A stretch of DNA of 64,000 nt from Convolutriloba macropyga (Eukaryota). Under the pieces are notes generated by a model, which saw only the letters and a program-made list of their open reading frames with translations, did no database searches and was not told the origin of the DNA. Positions 60,008-64,000 of the stretch are shown here, piece after piece. Position 1 is the first letter of the stretch; each line of letters opens with the position of its first letter. The position numbers were made by a program, and so were the translations under genes. The stretch spans positions 52,886,001 to 52,950,000 of the forward strand of contig NC_134478.1 in the NCBI RefSeq assembly GCF_964194025.1, in the 5' to 3' direction.

Positions 60008-63000
60008 TAGCCGGCCCTGTTTTGATTCTAGCAAAATACTTTCAAATGCAGTCAGTATCTAATGAAATATTTTCAACTAATGGCCATAAAAAAGTTCCCT
60101 TAACAGTTTTGATTGTTGCCATGCTAGCTATTTTATCGTCTCCTTCATGAAGCTTCTGGATTCTGGCTAAAGGTTAGTTGAAGTAGCTTTCTTTCTCAAT
60201 CAACCAGACTAAGTTTCCCACTTTAATGTCCGCGCCTGATTCAGTTCTCAATTTTGCTCTGCATTGGAGTGATGGTAGTAATCGCTCATCCACTGCTTCC
60301 AAAGGGCTTTCAATTGCTCGCTGATGTGTCGGAAGTTTTTTCGATATGAAGCATTGTTATCGCTAAATAGAGAAATGGGTCATGACACGTTTGCTCCCCC
60401 AACAAGGAAACGATTTGGTGTTATCGTATCCAAATCTTCAACATCGCTACTAACTGCTGTTAGAGGTCGATTATTGAGTAGTTGTTCTGCTATGCAAATT
60501 ACTGTTGAGAGATTTTCTTCTTTCAAAGATTCTTTGCCCAAAATATTGAAAATCGCTTTTTTGCTCGATTTCACTAATGACTCCCAAGCGCCACCAAAAT
60601 GTGGAGCTGCAGGGGGGTTGAAAGTCCATTGTATACCATTTTTTGCTAAATTGCGCTGCATTTCAGTATGGTTCAGTTCTTTGAAGGCCGCATTCAATTC
60701 GTTCGCTGCGCCTACAAAGTTAGTTCCGTTGTCAGAAATTACTGTTTTCGGTTTGCCTTTTCTCGCTTTGAACCAATGAACTGCGTATAACAAGACTGTG
60801 TGTCCAGTGATTGAACGATCTCCATATGCACTGCTCTAACGCTAAGACACGTGAATAGACAAATCCATTTTTTGACTGTTCTTCGGAAGAGCTTAATTGA
60901 AAACGGTCCAAAGTAGTCTACTCCAGTGTTTGTAAACGGCGTTACATTATCTTCGATTCTGAGTATTGGTAAATCTGACATCATTGGCATTGACGTTTTG
61001 CTTCTCTTCAATTTACAGTGTAGACATTGGTGTTTAACCGATCTCAATGCGTTTCTTAGACCAGTTTCCCAAAGCTTTCTTTGAATTTCAGCTCTAATAT
61101 GTTCAACACCTTGGTGATGGTTGTGCTGATGCTGAAATTCGAGATATAATTTAACTGCCGGATGAGAATTTGGTAAGATGACTGGATGTTTTTCTCCGAA
61201 ACTGAGGTTTGCATGTCTAAGTCGACCTTTTGCTCTTATTAGATTTTCGCTCAGAAACGGATTCAGGGATTCATTTCACTGTTGCTTTTGACAGAGTCTT
61301 CTTTCTTCAATGACGCTATTTCTTTTGTGTAACTTTCTCTCTGGACTAACTCCCATATTCGATTATCTGCTTGATTAAGCAATTCATGGATTATTTTTTG
61401 TTCCTATTTCTTAGATTCAGTATTCTCGCAAATACATTTCTCAGTCTTCTGAAGTTACTGAATCGTTTCCAGTCAATTGGAGCTGAATTTTCGTTCGAGT
61501 TACTGGCAAAAACTTCTACTTGATCAGGAACTACTTCTTCTTGCTACCAATTTTCTGTTTCGTTAATTTCGCTCTTTAACCAATCCGGTCCGTTTATCCA
61601 GTCACTTTGCATCAGTTCATTAATGGAGAGACCTCTCATTCCCAGATCAGTTGGATTGTCAGCTCCAGCTATATGCCTCCACTGATCAACTGTTGAACTG
61701 TCAAGGATTTATGCTAACCGGTTAGCAACAAAAGTAGGCTGTTTTTTGTCACTATTACGCAACCATTATAAAACAGTAGTTGAATCGCTCCACAAATTGA
61801 TTGACGCAAACTAACTTCTATGTTCTTTCAAAATTAGATCTTTAATTCTGTTTGCTGTAACTGCTGCAATTAACTCTAATTTTGGTAAAGTATGGTGCTT
61901 CATTGGGGTCACCATTATTTTTCCAACAATGAACCTTATTAGTCTATCGCCGTTTGGTTTAGTAATTACAACGTAACATACTGCACAAAAAGCATCTTCC
62001 GATGCGTCTCCAAAGACGTGTAGCTCAATTCTGTCACAGGATTCCTGATTGTACCATCTTGAAACGGATAATTGTTTTGGATTACTCTATTCTTGCACCC
62101 ACTTGTTAAACTCGGTGTTTATGTCTTCGGCTATCGGCGAGTCCCACTTTTGACCATGTGTCTGCCAGATTCGTTTCATTAACATCTTTCCTCGAATGAC
62201 AAATGGTGCCACGAGGGGATCAAACACTTGCGACACCGTTGACAAAACTTGTCTTTGCGTCCAATTCGTTTTCTGCAGGAACTCTTGGTCCTTTCGAACA
62301 GTTAACAGATCATCGGCTGCTATCCATTCAAGTCCCAAGACCTTAGGGTTATCTTCGCTTTCCATTGGTGTAATTTCGCTGTTTTCAAATATTTGTTCGA
62401 AATTAGAAAACCATTTTGTGAAGTTGAAGTTTCCTTTTGCTAATAATCACTTCAGGTCATGGATTACTTCAGATGCTTGTTCAATTTTGTGAACCGAGAG
62501 AAGCATATCGTCCACATAAAAGTTATTCATTACCATATGCGATGCAATAGGTTGTTCCAATCCAAACAGTTTTGCACACTGCTGCAGGGCATAATTTGCA
62601 CATGTTGGAGACGATTTTGCTCCAAAAATGTGCCGGTTGTGCTGGTACGGCATCTGTTTACCGTCTTCATCTGCCCACAGAAACCTGAGGTAGCGTCTTT
62701 GTTGTTCAGGCACTTGAATTTGCAAAAACATTTCTTCAATATGTGCAGTTAGTGCGACACAGTTTTCTCAAAATCTGATCAAGATTCCAATTAGATTTTG
62801 CAAAAGGTCGGGACCTTTCTTCAAAACGTCGTTCAGGCAGTATCCTCGAAACCTTTTCGCAGCATTGCAAACTCTTCTTACTTTCTCTGGTTTTCTGGGA
62901 TTTACAACTGGATGACGAGGAAGATACCAAACATCCTGACGTTCAAGTTCACCCTTTTCAAGCAAGGAGATATAGCTTTTTGCTAGATCTTTTTTTATTG

Positions 63001-63385
63001 AATCGATTTACTTCATTTTTAAAGACTCGTTTTCCGCTAATCTTCGTTCCAGCGAACGTAGTTGTTCAAGGGCTGAAGAAATATTACAATAAAGTTTTTG
63101 TTCTTTTCCCGTAAAAAGCATTTGAATTTGGAAACGTTCTGGTAGCTTTAACGTTGTCTTCTCTAGTATTTCGAGAGACTTTTTATCTTCCAGTGTTCTG
63201 CTGTTTCCTTGAAATGTTGTACCGTAGGATTCGATTTCCCACCACTTTCTCACAATTTCTGTTAGCTCTTGATTCTCTTGGCTATCGCTGCTTAGGAAAC
63301 TGCTCTCTGTCCTTTCGCTATTTGGCAGTGGACCACTTAGTGTCCAGCCTAATGGAACTTTTACTGCCCACGGAGAATTATTTCC

Positions 63386-63444
<59 letters not shown>

Positions 63445-64000
63445 TCTAAAGGTCTTATTAGGGAGTAAGCATCTTGACCAGGAATCCCTTTTACGTCTTT
63501 CAAGTCAATTTTTTTCAGTCTTTCGCACAATGAATGAGGATAAAGTTTACTTAGCTCAATTTCATTGTAAACCGAGGATCCAACTACAAGATCTTTGTAA
63601 CTACTGGCTATGATTTTCACCGTGTCGCTGATTTCATCGGCCGCCCCAATCTTGACCGGTACTTTCAAACAGTCGATTGAGTTCGTTCCGTGAATCCCAT
63701 TTACTGACGTCGAAGTACTTCTTCCTTCAAGGCATAGTGATTGTATCAATTCTTCGTCTATCCAAGTTTGAGAGGAGGCAGTGTCGCAAACAGCTTTAGT
63801 TTCGACAAAACTTCCGTCTTCAGCGTAGATTCGTAATGTTGCAACTTGGAGGAGTCCTTTGACTGACCAAGCTGTCTTATTTGCTAGGTTGGTTTCGCTT
63901 GTTTGATCTGGTGACTGGATTGGCTCGTGTGTCAAAATTGGTTTGTTGTGTAACATGCGAGTGTGATTTCTTTCACAGCCGTCAATTCCGCATCTGAGCT
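60008..64000 (-). mobile_element. BEL/Pao LTR retrotransposon pol region (protease, RT, RNase H, integrase), decayed, runs off the window
   Basis: AVCDTASSQTWI (protease), WYLPRHPV..P.KP.KVR, KGPDLL, NFYVDD, KVLGLEW, LHVFGDAS, GVDYFGP, SDNGTNF and PHFGGAWE. Confidence 0.93.
63389..63442. repeat. (TA)n microsatellite expanded inside the BEL/Pao ORF
   Basis: Seen directly. Produces the YIYIYI translations. Confidence 0.95.

Overview
AT-rich eukaryotic (metazoan-type) genomic DNA with several N-gaps, mostly decayed mobile elements. These include RLE-type (CRE-like) non-LTR retrotransposons, a young RNase H-bearing (Ingi/I-group-like) LINE, several CR1/L2-like LINEs, two BEL/Pao fragments, an internally deleted Gypsy-like LTR element, Helentron-associated (HINE/DINE-1-like) elements and MITEs. 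Three things are largely invisible in the ORF track. (1) A spliced minus-strand host gene (about 9052-14017, possible 5' part at about 21.7-22.0 kb) whose phase-compatible exons assemble into a divergent cyclin-fold protein resembling the meiotic crossover factor CNTD1/COSA-1. (2) A relic of a Polinton/adintovirus-like endogenous DNA virus (about 41-47 kb) with an A32-type packaging ATPase and a duplicated minor-capsid-like gene. (3) A roughly 148-bp satellite with 11-mer higher-order structure whose conserved core stacks AP-1, TCF/LEF and nuclear-receptor motifs. All family assignments come from motif recognition and remembered alignments, not database searches. Coordinates of decayed elements are approximate.
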